Source: an uncultured Clostridia bacterium (lineage in GTDB: Bacteria; Bacillota; Clostridia; UBA1381). From it: a stretch of DNA of 64,000 nt. The stretch lies in the NCBI GenBank assembly GCA_910585485.1, contig CAJUEZ010000003.1, positions 14,105 to 78,104 on the forward strand. The letters are read 5' to 3'. Below are positions 1 through 10,171 of this stretch, piece by piece. The position numbers and the translations under genes are program-made. The notes under the pieces were generated by a model that was not told the origin of the DNA, ran no database searches, and saw nothing but the letters and a program-made list of their open reading frames with translations. Position 1 is the stretch's first letter. Every line of letters starts with the position of its first letter.

Positions 1-1
1 A

Positions 2-1222
2 GACGCTATAGAAAGCGGATTTTATACTCTTGGCGGCGGAGGGGATTTCCCGAGGAACGTTATGGTTTCACCTCTTACAGGTGTTGAGGAAAATGAGAAT
101 TTTGACGTTTCTCCGTATGCAAAAAAAGCGGCGGAGTATCTTATATCACAGATAGATAAAGTGAAAATGCCGAGAAAACTAAAAGTGTGTTTCTCAAATT
201 CTCCCTCGAACGCTGTCCATGCGACTTTTCGTGATATGGGATTTGTTTCGCGTCCTGACGGAGGATTTGATGTTTATTGCGCGGGCGGAATGGGTCTTAA
301 TCCGCGTATGGGTGTTCAGGTTGCTGAAAATATTGACGCGTCAAAAATTCTTTACTATATAAAAGCTATGATTTCGTTATTTTGTGATTATGGAAATTAT
401 GAGAACCGTTCAAAAGCGCGTACAAGATATTTGCAGGAGACGCTTGGGGATAAGTTTATATCGGAATACAATTTTCGTTTAGAAAAGGCTCTTGACGAAG
501 GCGGACTTGATATTGATGCTCCCTCAAAGGAAATCACAAAGAGCGGGAAAGAGGGAGAAGTTTCGTCAAGACGTGTGATTGCGCAGAAACAAAAAGGACT
601 GTATGCTGTTAAATGTCATTTTAAGGGAGGCAATGTCACACCTCAGATTTTGCGTGATATTTATAATGCTATAAAGGGTATGGAGGAAGTTTCAATACGT
701 CTTTCGCCGGACGAGACAATGTATATCATTAATTGTGATATAGATGAGGCAAATTGTGTTCTTGACGCGACGAAGAGCGCGGCGCAATCAGATATTGAGG
801 AATCCGTGGCATGTATAGGAGCATCAATTTGTCAGCAGGGGTTGCGGGATTCACAGGAACTTTTGGGCGATATTTTAAGAGAGGTTCAGAAATATGATTT
901 TCCGTCAGACGCGCTTCCGAAGCTTCATATAAGCGGGTGTATGTCATCATGCGGCACACATCAAATCGGAAGTATTGGTTTTCACGGTAAAGTTAAAATG
1001 GTGGATAAAAAGCCTGTGCCGGGATTTACTGTCAGCATAAACGGCTGTGATGAACAGGGGAGAGAGAGATTCGGCGATGATATTGGAGTTATTGCCGCAG
1101 ACGATATTCCGGCATTTTTGGTGGAACTGGGCAAGTCTGTCACAGAAGCGGGTATGAGTTATAAAGAATTTTCGGATAAAAAGTCCGATGAATTGATGAG
1201 TATAATTAAAAAATATATATAA
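2..1222 (+). CDS. Nitrite/sulfite reductase (siroheme, 4Fe-4S), 5'-truncated by window edge
   Basis: Frame is open from position 2 (DAIESGFYTLGGGGDFPRNVMVSP). C-terminal siroheme/Fe-S cysteine motifs ACIGASICQQG and ISGCMSSCG; PRKLK and IRLS motifs. Confidence 0.85.
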   Translation, partial: DAIESGFYTLGGGGDFPRNVMVSPLTGVEENENFDVSPYAKKAAEYLISQIDKVKMPRKLKVCFSNSPSNAVHATFRDMGFVSRPDGGFDVYCAGGMGLNPRMGVQVAENIDASKILYYIKAMISLFCDYGNYENRSKARTRYLQETLGDKFISEYNFRLEKALDEGGLDIDAPSKEITKSGKEGEVSSRRVIAQKQKGLYAVKCHFKGGNVTPQILRDIYNAIKGMEEVSIRLSPDETMYIINCDIDEANCVLDATKSAAQSDIEESVACIGASICQQGLRDSQELLGDILREVQKYDFPSDALPKLHISGCMSSCGTHQIGSIGFHGKVKMVDKKPVPGFTVSINGCDEQGRERFGDDIGVIAADDIPAFLVELGKSVTEAGMSYKEFSDKKSDELMSIIKKYI

Positions 1223-1254
1223 ATCAAAATTTCATATAAATTTGTATGCATATT

Positions 1255-1286
1255 AAAAGCGGTTCCCAAAATAGGAAACCGCTTTT
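1255..1286. terminator. Bidirectional intrinsic terminator
   Basis: AAAAGCGGTT-CC...GG-AAACCGCTTTT hairpin between convergent genes. Confidence 0.8.
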
Positions 1287-1299
1287 CTTGTGATATTAG

Positions 1300-3390
1300 T
1301 TATTCTTCGTTTTCGTCAACCGCGTCTTTGTGTGAAAGTGAAATTTTACCTGTCTTGGAGTCAACTTCCATGACCTTAACTTTCAGCCAGTCGCCTTCTT
1401 TGACAACGTCTTCAACTTTTTCAACTCTGTGATTAGCCAGTTTTGAAATGTGGCAAAGACCGTCTTTACCCGGAAGAATCTCAACAAACGCGCCGAACGG
1501 CTGAATTGTCTTTACAAGACCATTATATATTTCGCCTACCTCAGGCTCTTTTACGATAGCTTCAATCGCGTCTTTTGCAGCCTTGCCGCTTTCCTGGTCG
1601 ATAGCGAAGATGTGGATTGTACCGTCTTCCTCTATATCAATCTTAGCGCCTGTCTCAGCGACAATCTTCTGAATAACCTTACCGCCCTGACCGATTACTT
1701 CACGGATTTTATCAACATCAATCTTCATTGTTTCAGCCTTTGGAGCATATTTTGAAAGTTCCTCGCGCGGAGCCGGAATAGCTTTAAGAAGAATATCGTC
1801 AATGATGTGATAACGAGCGTCTCTTGTCTTTCTAAGCGCTTCCTCAATAACCTCATAAGGAAGACCGTCATTTTTAATATCAACCTGAATTGAGGTGATA
1901 CCTTTCTTTGTACCGGCTACTTTAAAGTCCATTTCACCGTAAAAATCTTCAAGACCCTGAATATCAACCATTGTTGTAAAGCCGTTTTCTGTGGTGATAA
2001 GTCCGCAGGAGATACCTGCAACCGGCGCTTTAATCGGAACACCTGCTGCCATAAGTGAAAGAGTTGAACCGCATACACTGCCTTGTGATGTTGAACCGTT
2101 TGAAGAAAGTACTTCAGACACTACTCTGATTGCGTACGGGAACTCATCTTCAGACGGAAGCACAGGAACAAGTGAACGCTCCGCAAGCGCGCCATGACCT
2201 ATTTCACGTCTGCCCGGACCTCTTGAAGGTCTTGTCTCACCGACTGAGTATGACGGGAAGTTGTAGTGATGAATATATCTCTTTGTTTCCTCAAGGTCTA
2301 TGCCGTCAAGTCTCTGGATTTCAGAAAGCGGCGCTAAAGTCGCAACTGAAAGTACTTGTGTCTGACCTCTTGTAAACATACCGCTTCCGTGTACTCTCGG
2401 AAGTAAATCCACTTCTGCTGCAAGCGGTCTGATTTCGTCAAGACCTCTGCCGTCAACACGTCTTCCCTGTACCAACCATGCGCGGACGATTTCCTTCTGC
2501 ATCTTATACAGAATTTCGCCGATTTGCTCGTGTATATCAGGATACTGCTCTTCAAGAGCGGGAATGATTTCGTCTGTAATTACGCCTATTCTCTCGTCGC
2601 GGATATTCTTGTCGTCCGTATCAAGCGCGTATTGAAGCTTTTCAAATGCCATAGCCTTGATTGCGTCATATAAATCATGGTCAACATCATGTGACTCATA
2701 TTCAAATTTTTCTTTGCCTATTTCGGCTTGAATAGAACTTATGAAATCACAAAGTTCAATAATTGTCTTATGAGCGAACTTGATACCTTCAAGCATAACG
2801 CTTTCTTCAACTTCGTTTGCGCCTGCCTCAATCATAACAACTTTCTGCTTTGTACCGGCTACAGTAACAAGCATTTCACTCTTTTCTCTTTCTTCAACTG
2901 TCGGGTTTATAACGTATTCACCGTCTACAAGACCAAGCCATACACCGCCTATAGGACCTGCCCATGGCACGTCTGAAATTGAAATTGCGATTGATGTACC
3001 AATCATAGCGGCAACTTCGGGAGGATTGTCCTGCTCAACTGAAAGAACAGTCGCGACAACTGACACGTCATTTCTCAAATCTGACGGGAAAAGCGGTCTT
3101 ATCGGTCTGTCAATAACACGGCTTGTAAGTATAGCCTTTTCAGACGGCTTGCCCTCGCGCTTAATATATCCGCCGGGGATTTTACCTACTGAATAAAGCT
3201 TTTCCTCGTAGTCAACGCTTAGAGGGAAGAAGTCAACGCCCTCTCTTGGTGAACGTGAAGCTGTTACGTTTACCATTACGACAGTGTCGCCGTAACGCAC
3301 AAGGCAATGACCGTTTGCAAGCTGTGCCATTTTACCTGTTTCAATAATTAACGGTCTGCCCGCAAGTGTTGTTTCAAATGTTTTTTGCAT
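1300..3390 (-). CDS. pnp: Polyribonucleotide nucleotidyltransferase (PNPase)
   Basis: Two RNase PH domains (DFFPLSVDYEEK, RREIGHGALAER, MDFKVAGT) plus KH and S1 domains; downstream of rpsO. Confidence 0.98.
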   Translation of the reverse strand: MQKTFETTLAGRPLIIETGKMAQLANGHCLVRYGDTVVMVNVTASRSPREGVDFFPLSVDYEEKLYSVGKIPGGYIKREGKPSEKAILTSRVIDRPIRPLFPSDLRNDVSVVATVLSVEQDNPPEVAAMIGTSIAISISDVPWAGPIGGVWLGLVDGEYVINPTVEEREKSEMLVTVAGTKQKVVMIEAGANEVEESVMLEGIKFAHKTIIELCDFISSIQAEIGKEKFEYESHDVDHDLYDAIKAMAFEKLQYALDTDDKNIRDERIGVITDEIIPALEEQYPDIHEQIGEILYKMQKEIVRAWLVQGRRVDGRGLDEIRPLAAEVDLLPRVHGSGMFTRGQTQVLSVATLAPLSEIQRLDGIDLEETKRYIHHYNFPSYSVGETRPSRGPGRREIGHGALAERSLVPVLPSEDEFPYAIRVVSEVLSSNGSTSQGSVCGSTLSLMAAGVPIKAPVAGISCGLITTENGFTTMVDIQGLEDFYGEMDFKVAGTKKGITSIQVDIKNDGLPYEVIEEALRKTRDARYHIIDDILLKAIPAPREELSKYAPKAETMKIDVDKIREVIGQGGKVIQKIVAETGAKIDIEEDGTIHIFAIDQESGKAAKDAIEAIVKEPEVGEIYNGLVKTIQPFGAFVEILPGKDGLCHISKLANHRVEKVEDVVKEGDWLKVKVMEVDSKTGKISLSHKDAVDENEE

Positions 3391-3418
3391 AGTTTTTTCT
3401 CCTTTTCTGTTTTTTTTG

Positions 3419-3794
3419 GGAGATTCGTTTTAGCAAATAAATACAATTATAAATTGTTGTTTACGTCACAACCGATCCTAACGGCTCAATGTGTTTTTTT
3501 GTGCAAAAACACATTTTCGCTTAACGGATTGATTGTTACTTTGCCCAAAAAGACCACGCTAAGTTTGGTGGTTTGCTTACCGGTGCGCTCACAATGCCAA
3601 ACTGTCGCTACAACTCTTTTTTGGCGCGCCTGCGGCGCGTTGCTTGGGATGCCGGGAACACCGTCTCCTACAATATCATTTTAAATAGGGCATGTAGAGG
3701 CTGGCGTTCTCGACAGCCCGAAAGGCTTCCCCTAAGGGGGAAGGCTTATAAACAACAATTTATCACTCTATTTATATGCCAAACGAATTTCTCC
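3419..3794. repeat. Inverted-repeat-bounded intergenic element with GTAG-REP-like doublet (MITE-like)
   Basis: Perfect 15-bp inverted repeat ATAAATTGTTGTTTA (3449-3463) / TAAACAACAATTTAT (3749-3763), extending imperfectly to ~45 bp. Internal REP-like units at 3646-3671 and 3694-3720, plus further hairpins. Confidence 0.7.
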
Positions 3795-3807
3795 ATAAAA
3801 TATATAT

Positions 3808-3835
3808 AGGCAAACAGGGAATACCCCGTTTGCCT
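3808..3835 (-). terminator. rpsO terminator hairpin
   Basis: AGGCAAAC-...-GTTTGCCT stem just after the rpsO stop. Confidence 0.6.
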
Positions 3836-3851
3836 TATATTCGTTATAAAA

Positions 3852-4118
3852 TTACTTTCTAAGACCAAGCTTAGCAACAAGAGCACGGTATCTTTCGATA
3901 TCCTGACTCTTAAGATAATTCATAAGACCGCGTCTTTTACCAACCATCATAAGAAGACCTCTTCTTGAATGGTGGTCCTTCTTGTGAACATTAAGATGTT
4001 CGTTGTTAAGATGGTTGATTCTCTCTGTAAGAAGCGCTACCTGCACTTCCGGAGAACCTGTATCTCCCTCATGAGTCGCAAAAGTCTTGATGATTTCTTC
4101 TTTACGTTCCTTTGTCAT
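3852..4118 (-). CDS. rpsO: 30S ribosomal protein S15
   Basis: [13 protein letters not shown] and [18 protein letters not shown] motifs; ATG at 4118 follows an AGGAGGTG SD. Confidence 0.98.
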   Translation of the reverse strand: MTKERKEEIIKTFATHEGDTGSPEVQVALLTERINHLNNEHLNVHKKDHHSRRGLLMMVGKRRGLMNYLKSQDIERYRALVAKLGLRK

Positions 4119-4144
4119 CTTTTTCACCTCCTATGATAAATCAT

Positions 4145-4196
4145 CGCCCAATGCTGAGATACCGTTGGTGATTCGGTTTTCCAAGGCATGGGTTCA
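4145..4196 (-). ncRNA. Firmicutes-type S15 leader (autoregulatory cis element)
   Basis: Minus strand GAACCCAUGCCUUGG...ACCGAAUCCACCAACGGU..CUCAGCAUUGGG directly upstream of the rpsO SD; resembles the Firmicutes S15 leader. Confidence 0.75.
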
Positions 4197-4234
4197 ACTT
4201 ATAAGCTTTAATAAAAATTGTTTTCGCAGGAAAA

Positions 4235-4447
4235 TTAGTTCTGCTTTGTTTGTCTGTTGAAACGTCTGTTGAACTTTTCAACTCTACCGCCTGTGTCTAC
4301 AAGCTTCTGCTTACCTGTGAAGAACGGGTGACACTTTGAGCAAATTTCAACCTGGATATTTTCCTTTGTTGAACCTGTCTCGATTACCTCGCCGCAAGCA
4401 CAAGTAATGGTAGTCTGCTTGTAATCAGGATGAATTCCTTCTTTCAC
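4235..4447 (-). CDS. rpmE: 50S ribosomal protein L31 (Zn-binding type)
   Basis: [25 protein letters not shown] start after AAGGAGGAGG. Confidence 0.97.
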   Translation of the reverse strand: MKEGIHPDYKQTTITCACGEVIETGSTKENIQVEICSKCHPFFTGKQKLVDTGGRVEKFNRRFNRQTKQN

Positions 4448-4533
4448 TACCTTTTGCCTCCTCCTTAATAAATTTTTATAGTACAAAAAATACCATTGTT
4501 TAGTATAACACATATAAACGCTATTTGCAAGCA

Positions 4534-5766
4534 CTATTTTTGTTTTTTATGAAAAATTTTCCGTATTTCGCCGGCAAGAAACAGTGAGCCGCATACGCAT
4601 ATTACCGCGTCATTGGCGATGTCCAGTGCTTTAAATAATGCCTCACGTAGATTATTATTTACTATTACGGGAATATTCATACTTTTAACAATTTTTGAGA
4701 TTTCAGCCGATTCAAGGCAGCGCGGGATATTGATTTCGGTTGCGATAACCGTTTTTGCGATTGGGGCTATTTCCCGTATGCAAGAAGTGTAATCTTTGTC
4801 CTTCATCATTGCCATGACAAGGATTATATCTTTATTTAAAGCCAAAAGCGACTTTTTAAGAGCCTTTATCCCGTCTATGTTATGTCCGCCGTCTATAATA
4901 ACATTATTTTTAATAAATTCAAATCTTGCTGCCCAAACCGTATTATTCAACCCTTCTATTACTGCTTTTTCTGTGATTTTAATTCCGCCATCTCTCAGCG
5001 CGTTTATAATTTCAAGCGTTACTGCCGCGTTCTGCGGCTGATACAAGCCTTTTAAGCTGAGCGGATACTCATTGCCCTTATATATGAAGCCATGTTCTGT
5101 TTTTTCAGCTTTTTCTGCAAATACAACGCGCGCGCTTTTTTCTTTGGCACACCTGCGTATTATGTCCGCGACACCGTAATTGGGATATGACACAACTATG
5201 CCGTTTTCTTTTATTATCCCACATTTTTCTAAAGTTATCTCTTCGATTGTGTTTCCGAGATACTGAGTGTGATCAATACCGATTTTGCATATTACACTTA
5301 CAAGACTTTGCGGTATAATATTAGTCGCGTCAAGATTTCCGCCCATTCCGACTTCAAGCACAACAAAATCGCATTTTTTTTCATAAAAATATAAAAATGA
5401 TACCGCTGTTATAAATGCGAATTCCGATACGGGAGCGTCATTTTCCTCCATTATTTTTTTAACGCGTTCAGTGTACAACGCAAGGTCTTTGCTATGAATA
5501 TTATCACCGTTTATTCGTATACGATCATTAAACACCTCAAGAAACGGCGAGGTGAAAAGTCCCGTTTTATATCCGTCTCGTTTTAATATTTCAGCCGTCA
5601 TAGCGGCTGTAGAGCCTTTTCCGTTTGTTCCTGCTATATGAATGAAGCGCAGCTTTTTATGCGGATTTCCCAAGGATTCAAGCAGTGCGGCAAGATTAGC
5701 GTTTCCGAGAGGACGGCGGAATTTCGGTATTGAGTGAATAAACTGTATTGCCTCTGTATAATTCAT
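4534..5766 (-). CDS. folC: Folylpolyglutamate synthase / dihydrofolate synthase
   Basis: [24 protein letters not shown] and DGGHN motifs. Confidence 0.95.
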   Translation of the reverse strand: MNYTEAIQFIHSIPKFRRPLGNANLAALLESLGNPHKKLRFIHIAGTNGKGSTAAMTAEILKRDGYKTGLFTSPFLEVFNDRIRINGDNIHSKDLALYTERVKKIMEENDAPVSEFAFITAVSFLYFYEKKCDFVVLEVGMGGNLDATNIIPQSLVSVICKIGIDHTQYLGNTIEEITLEKCGIIKENGIVVSYPNYGVADIIRRCAKEKSARVVFAEKAEKTEHGFIYKGNEYPLSLKGLYQPQNAAVTLEIINALRDGGIKITEKAVIEGLNNTVWAARFEFIKNNVIIDGGHNIDGIKALKKSLLALNKDIILVMAMMKDKDYTSCIREIAPIAKTVIATEINIPRCLESAEISKIVKSMNIPVIVNNNLREALFKALDIANDAVICVCGSLFLAGEIRKIFHKKQK

Positions 5767-5985
5767 TTTCTTCTCCGTTCGATTTATTTCATAAATATGA
5801 CGTTAAATTTAATAACAAAATCCGATGATAATTATAATATTTTTTCCTCTATAAGTCAAATATTCCTTGCGTAACAAAAAATTCATAAAAAATGTATTGA
5901 TTTTTTTGTATTTAAGTGGTATATTGTATAAGATAATAAAAAGGCGGAGATTGTGCGTCTGACAAATGAAGGGAGATATAAAATC

Positions 5986-6660
5986 ATGAATCACAACGGA
6001 AAGAGAAGAGCAAGCTCGGCGGATAAGATGATAAATGCTGTTATAGTTATTGTAGTCGCGGCATTTATTGTTCTTGGAGTGTTTGCTGTAAAGGATAGAA
6101 TTTCACTTAAACCTCAGGTCGAAACAATGCCTGAACAGACGGAAGTGACTGTGGAACAGCTTGCGGACGAAGCGGGCATGTCAGTAGAGGATTATCTTGC
6201 TCAGTACAACCTTACTTTAAGCGATACTCTTACAAAAGACACATCTCAATATGAAATGATGGATATGATGTCAATCGAGAATTATTTTAAGTATAATGCG
6301 GAGCAGAATCCTGAAATGGAGCAGCAGTCAGTTGATGAAATAATTGCTCAATATAAGCTTCAGGACAAAGTAACAAAGGATACACCGTCAGGCGAGTTCT
6401 TTGACATTCTTTACGCTACTCCAATATCGTCATTTATGACAGATGAGGAAATAGCGCAGGTTAAGGAGCAGTTTGGTTTAGCCGACGGGGAAATTTCAGG
6501 CGATATGCTTTACAGCGATTATTCTGCTATTATACAGCAAAAACAGATTGAAGCGGCTCAGGCGGCGGCAGCTCAGGCAACAACAGCACCGGCGGCTGAT
6601 ACTCAATCAGAAAATACAGCGGCGGACGAATCAAACGCGGAAGTTCCGGCGGCTGAATAA
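5986..6660 (+). CDS. Single-pass membrane protein, acidic, with three ~40-aa internal repeats; function unknown
   Basis: ATG after GGGAG SD; N-terminal TM (AVIVIVVAAFIVLGVFAV); paralogous to the next gene. Confidence 0.8.
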   Translation: MNHNGKRRASSADKMINAVIVIVVAAFIVLGVFAVKDRISLKPQVETMPEQTEVTVEQLADEAGMSVEDYLAQYNLTLSDTLTKDTSQYEMMDMMSIENYFKYNAEQNPEMEQQSVDEIIAQYKLQDKVTKDTPSGEFFDILYATPISSFMTDEEIAQVKEQFGLADGEISGDMLYSDYSAIIQQKQIEAAQAAAAQATTAPAADTQSENTAADESNAEVPAAE

Positions 6661-6681
6661 TTATATAAGGAGATTATCACA

Positions 6682-7578
6682 GTGAATGATGAAAAGAATT
6701 TAAACGAGGAAAATAATGAAGAAGTGTCAGCAGACACCGTTACAGAAGATATTGAAGCGATTGAAGAAGATAGCGTAAAGGAAGAAACAATCGCGGAGGA
6801 AATCGAAACTGAGGAAGAAACGGAATCCGCTGCAGACGCGCAGGAGGAAACAGTAGGCAATTTTATCGCGTCTGACTCAGCTCAGAGCGCACTTGGAAAT
6901 AATTCAAATGATATTTCCGACGGATTGACAGGCGAGGCTGAAGCAGTTGACGTTGAAGGGATTGTGATTGACGAGGAATCAGACTTTGAGAAGAAGGAAG
7001 TAAAGAAAATAAGCGCGGCGGCTATAGCTATTATTGCCGTGGCAGTTGCTGTAGTTATTGCGATAGTAGTGCTTCTTTCAGTATTCGGTCCGAAATGGTT
7101 CAATAAATATAACAGAAAAGGCTATATTGACGTAACAGGAAAGACTGTTGAGGAAATCGCTGATTTAGCGGGAATGGACCTTAAGGAATTTCTTGAAGAA
7201 TATGACTTGCCGAAGGATATGCCGGGAGACACATCAGAAACAACAGCTTTTTATACAATGCCGTTTAAAACAGCCGCTGAAAAAGTGTTCGGCTCAGATG
7301 CGGAAACTTTGAAGGAGCAGATGAATATTGAGGAGGATGTTGACAACACTCCTTATATTGAAGTTGTTGATAAAGTGCCTCTAAAGTATATGATTGACGA
7401 GAGACGCTTTGACAGCTTTAAGGAAAAGTACGGTTTTGGAGACGATGTCACATTAGATACGCTTTGGGGTGAAGTTCGTCAGAGAATAGACGAAAAGGAT
7501 ATGGCTGACAGACTTGCCGAAGAAGAAGCGGAGAATGCTGACAGCGAAAACCAGTCAGACGACTCTTCAAACGAATAA
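6682..7578 (+). CDS. Single-pass membrane protein with acidic N-terminal tail and three ~40-aa repeats; function unknown
   Basis: GTG after AAGGAG SD; Glu-rich N-terminus, one TM, then a repeat domain similar to the upstream gene. Confidence 0.8.
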   Translation: MNDEKNLNEENNEEVSADTVTEDIEAIEEDSVKEETIAEEIETEEETESAADAQEETVGNFIASDSAQSALGNNSNDISDGLTGEAEAVDVEGIVIDEESDFEKKEVKKISAAAIAIIAVAVAVVIAIVVLLSVFGPKWFNKYNRKGYIDVTGKTVEEIADLAGMDLKEFLEEYDLPKDMPGDTSETTAFYTMPFKTAAEKVFGSDAETLKEQMNIEEDVDNTPYIEVVDKVPLKYMIDERRFDSFKEKYGFGDDVTLDTLWGEVRQRIDEKDMADRLAEEEAENADSENQSDDSSNE

Positions 7579-7659
7579 TAAATAATGTAATTGCAGGCTT
7601 TGGAAAATCAGAACAGGTGAGATATTGATTTATGTCATCATCTATTTGACAGGCAGATT

Positions 7660-7696
7660 TAAAAGCGGATTTTTAATAATCCGCTTTTATTTTTTT
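7660..7696 (+). terminator. Intrinsic terminator
   Basis: AAAAGCGGATT...AATCCGCTTTT followed by a T-run. Confidence 0.8.
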
Positions 7697-7714
7697 GATT
7701 TATAATTATTGCGG

Positions 7715-7743
7715 TTGAAAGTTTATGGAATATATAGTATAAT
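7715..7743 (+). promoter_or_regulatory. SigA promoter of hisH operon
   Basis: TTGAAA-N17-TATAAT. Confidence 0.7.
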
Positions 7744-7778
7744 AATACTATGCACATGACACAAAAGGAGAAATTTCG

Positions 7779-8384
7779 ATGATAGCGATTATAGATTATG
7801 GCGCGGGAAATCTGCACAGCGTGAAAAATGCGCTTGATTTTCTTGGCGCAAAAAGCGTTGTTACAGGTGACAGGGAGGAAATATTAAATGCCGACAGGGT
7901 GATTTTGCCGGGAGTGGGAGCATTTGGAGACGCGATGAAATGCCTTGACGGGAGTGGTCTTACCGAAACGGTAAGAGAGTCGGCTTTGAGCGGCAGACCA
8001 TTTCTCGGAATATGTCTCGGACTTCATCTTATGTTTGAGGAAAGCGAGGAAAGTCCCGGAGTGAAGGGACTTGGCATTTTTAAGGGCAAAGTTGTTAAAA
8101 TCCCTGAAAGTAAAAATCTTAAAATTCCTCATATGGGTTGGAATAGTATAACCATAATAAAGGATAGTAAAATCCTTAAAAATATAGGCGATAATCCGTA
8201 TGTTTATTTTGTACATTCATATTATGTTAAAGCGGATGATAAGAATCTCATAAGCGCTTACACAGAGTATGGGCAAAAACTTGATATTGCGGTTGAAAGA
8301 GACAATATTTTCGCAACGCAGTTCCACCCTGAAAAAAGCGGAGATACCGGAATGGATATACTGAAAAATTTTCTTTCAGCATGA
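7779..8384 (+). CDS. hisH: Imidazole glycerol phosphate synthase glutaminase subunit
   Basis: [34 protein letters not shown] motifs. Confidence 0.97.
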   Translation: MIAIIDYGAGNLHSVKNALDFLGAKSVVTGDREEILNADRVILPGVGAFGDAMKCLDGSGLTETVRESALSGRPFLGICLGLHLMFEESEESPGVKGLGIFKGKVVKIPESKNLKIPHMGWNSITIIKDSKILKNIGDNPYVYFVHSYYVKADDKNLISAYTEYGQKLDIAVERDNIFATQFHPEKSGDTGMDILKNFLSA

Positions 8385-8413
8385 CTTTGTGAAAGGAGTT
8401 AATAATTACAATT

Positions 8414-9175
8414 ATGTATGCAAAACGAATTATACCCTGCCTTGATGTAAAGAACGGAAGAGTTGTCAAGGGAGTAAATTTTGTTAATCTTATAGATGCG
8501 GGTGACCCTGTAGAATGCGCGAAAGTATACGACAAAGCCGGAGCGGATGAACTTGTATTTCTTGATATAACCGCGTCATCAGACGCTCGCGAAACAGTCA
8601 CGGATATGGTTGAATCAGTGGCAAGGCAAGTGTTTATACCATTCACAGTTGGTGGAGGTATAAGAACAGTCGATGATTTTCGTAAAATATTAAACGCGGG
8701 CGCTGATAAAGTAGCCGTCAACAGCGCGGCGATTAAGAATCCTGAACTTATCAGTGAAGCGGCGGAGAAGTTTGGAAGACAATGCGTGGTATGCGCTATT
8801 GACGCTAAACGCGCGGATAGAGGAGACGGCTGGGAGGTTTATCTTAACGGCGGAAGAGTAAATACCGGTATGGACGCGCTTGAATGGGCAAAAAAAGCGG
8901 AGAAACTTGGCGCGGGAGAAATACTTCTTACAAGTATGGATTGTGACGGCACAAAGGCGGGATATGACATTGAGCTTACAAGGCGCGTAAGCGAGTCGGT
9001 GAAAATACCTGTGATTGCGTCGGGCGGCGCGGGAAGTATGGAACACTTTCTGGACGCTTTTAAACTTGGCAGAGCGGATGCTGTGCTCGCCGCAAGTCTT
9101 TTTCATTTCAGAGAAATTGAAATTGCTGATTTAAAAAAATATCTCCGTGAAAATGGGGAAAGCGTAAGGCTTTGA
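8414..9175 (+). CDS. hisF: Imidazole glycerol phosphate synthase cyclase subunit
   Basis: [31 protein letters not shown] motifs. Confidence 0.98.
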   Translation: MYAKRIIPCLDVKNGRVVKGVNFVNLIDAGDPVECAKVYDKAGADELVFLDITASSDARETVTDMVESVARQVFIPFTVGGGIRTVDDFRKILNAGADKVAVNSAAIKNPELISEAAEKFGRQCVVCAIDAKRADRGDGWEVYLNGGRVNTGMDALEWAKKAEKLGAGEILLTSMDCDGTKAGYDIELTRRVSESVKIPVIASGGAGSMEHFLDAFKLGRADAVLAASLFHFREIEIADLKKYLRENGESVRL

Positions 9176-9191
9176 GAAAGGAATAGAATTT

Positions 9192-9614
9192 ATGAGTAAA
9201 AAGAACAGAAGAAAGACTCTTCAAAAAAAAGAGAGTTTTATAAAAATGGGCAGCTTTAGTATTGATGATTCTAAAACCTATATTATAGCAACGATTATTA
9301 TGTTTCATATAGTCCCGTTGATTTTTATGGCTTTTGGACAAGTTGGAAAGGAAATGTACGCCCAAGCGTTTTATCTTTCCGCAAATGTCTTGTTTCTTTC
9401 GATAACAGGTATTATTTACGGAATAAAGAGAGGGTTTGATTTTAAATTTCCTCTTTTTATGTCGGCGCTCGCGATATTATCACTGATGTTCTACGGCAAC
9501 TTTGCCGCGGGAATGATGATTGTGGGACCGTTTGTGATTGGTGTGGCATATTTCATATGGTCTTATATTGCAACATTTCTCGGAGGATTTTTAAAGAAAT
9601 TATTTAATTTATAA
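9192..9614 (+). CDS. Hypothetical four-TM membrane protein
   Basis: AAGGA SD; four hydrophobic segments; follows hisF in the same run. Confidence 0.7.
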   Translation: MSKKNRRKTLQKKESFIKMGSFSIDDSKTYIIATIIMFHIVPLIFMAFGQVGKEMYAQAFYLSANVLFLSITGIIYGIKRGFDFKFPLFMSALAILSLMFYGNFAAGMMIVGPFVIGVAYFIWSYIATFLGGFLKKLFNL

Positions 9615-9626
9615 CGGAGGAGTATT

Positions 9627-10124
9627 ATGGAGGAAAAACTTTTCAGCGCGTCCGTAACTCTGACGCCGTATATATATAAAACATTTTATAAAACATACTA
9701 TGCGGAAAAACTAAAGAAATTCAATATTATTGCCTTAATAATAGCTATACTACTGATTATTGGAGCGCTGTATGTATATTTTAACGGTTTCGGAATGATA
9801 TGGTGTATATCGGCGCTTGCGATAGCTGGTTTTCTGATTTGGTATCCGAGAGGGATATACAGAAGACCATATAAGAGGTCAAAAGACGCATCCCAAACGA
9901 CACATTTTGCCTTTTATGAAGATTTCTTTTCGGAAAAGACTAATTCCAAAACAGAAAAACACCATTATTCCGATTTAAAAAATATTATTGAAACAGATAA
10001 ATACATATTCATTTTCCAAAGTGATGAAAATGCGAGTATAATTGATAAATCAACGGTAAATGATATTGACGCTCTAATAGATTTTCTTAAAGCAAAGGCG
10101 CGGTATAAAAAAATTAAGAGATAG
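9627..10124 (+). CDS. YcxB-like membrane protein
   Basis: GGAGG SD; two TMs then a C-terminal Y.DL..I.ET..YIFI motif. Confidence 0.7.
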   Translation: MEEKLFSASVTLTPYIYKTFYKTYYAEKLKKFNIIALIIAILLIIGALYVYFNGFGMIWCISALAIAGFLIWYPRGIYRRPYKRSKDASQTTHFAFYEDFFSEKTNSKTEKHHYSDLKNIIETDKYIFIFQSDENASIIDKSTVNDIDALIDFLKAKARYKKIKR

Positions 10125-10141
10125 ATTTTTATATGGATAAT

Positions 10142-10171
10142 AAAAGAGTACGGCATCGCCGTACTTCTTTT
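10142..10171. terminator. Bidirectional terminator
   Basis: AAAAGAGTACGGC-ATC-GCCGTACTTCTTTT. Confidence 0.75.

Noticed and set aside
3385..3809. ORFs 3385-3684 and 3573-3809 (+)
   Set aside because: They lie over the hairpin-rich repeat element, lack SDs and show no recognisable protein features.
7590..7660. Possible structured RNA or his attenuator before the 7660 terminator, faintly similar to the 29.75 kb sequence (TTGCAG...AGGTGA)
   Set aside because: Only short stems, no T-box or His-codon leader, and hisH has its own promoter after the terminator. The similarity is too short to trust.
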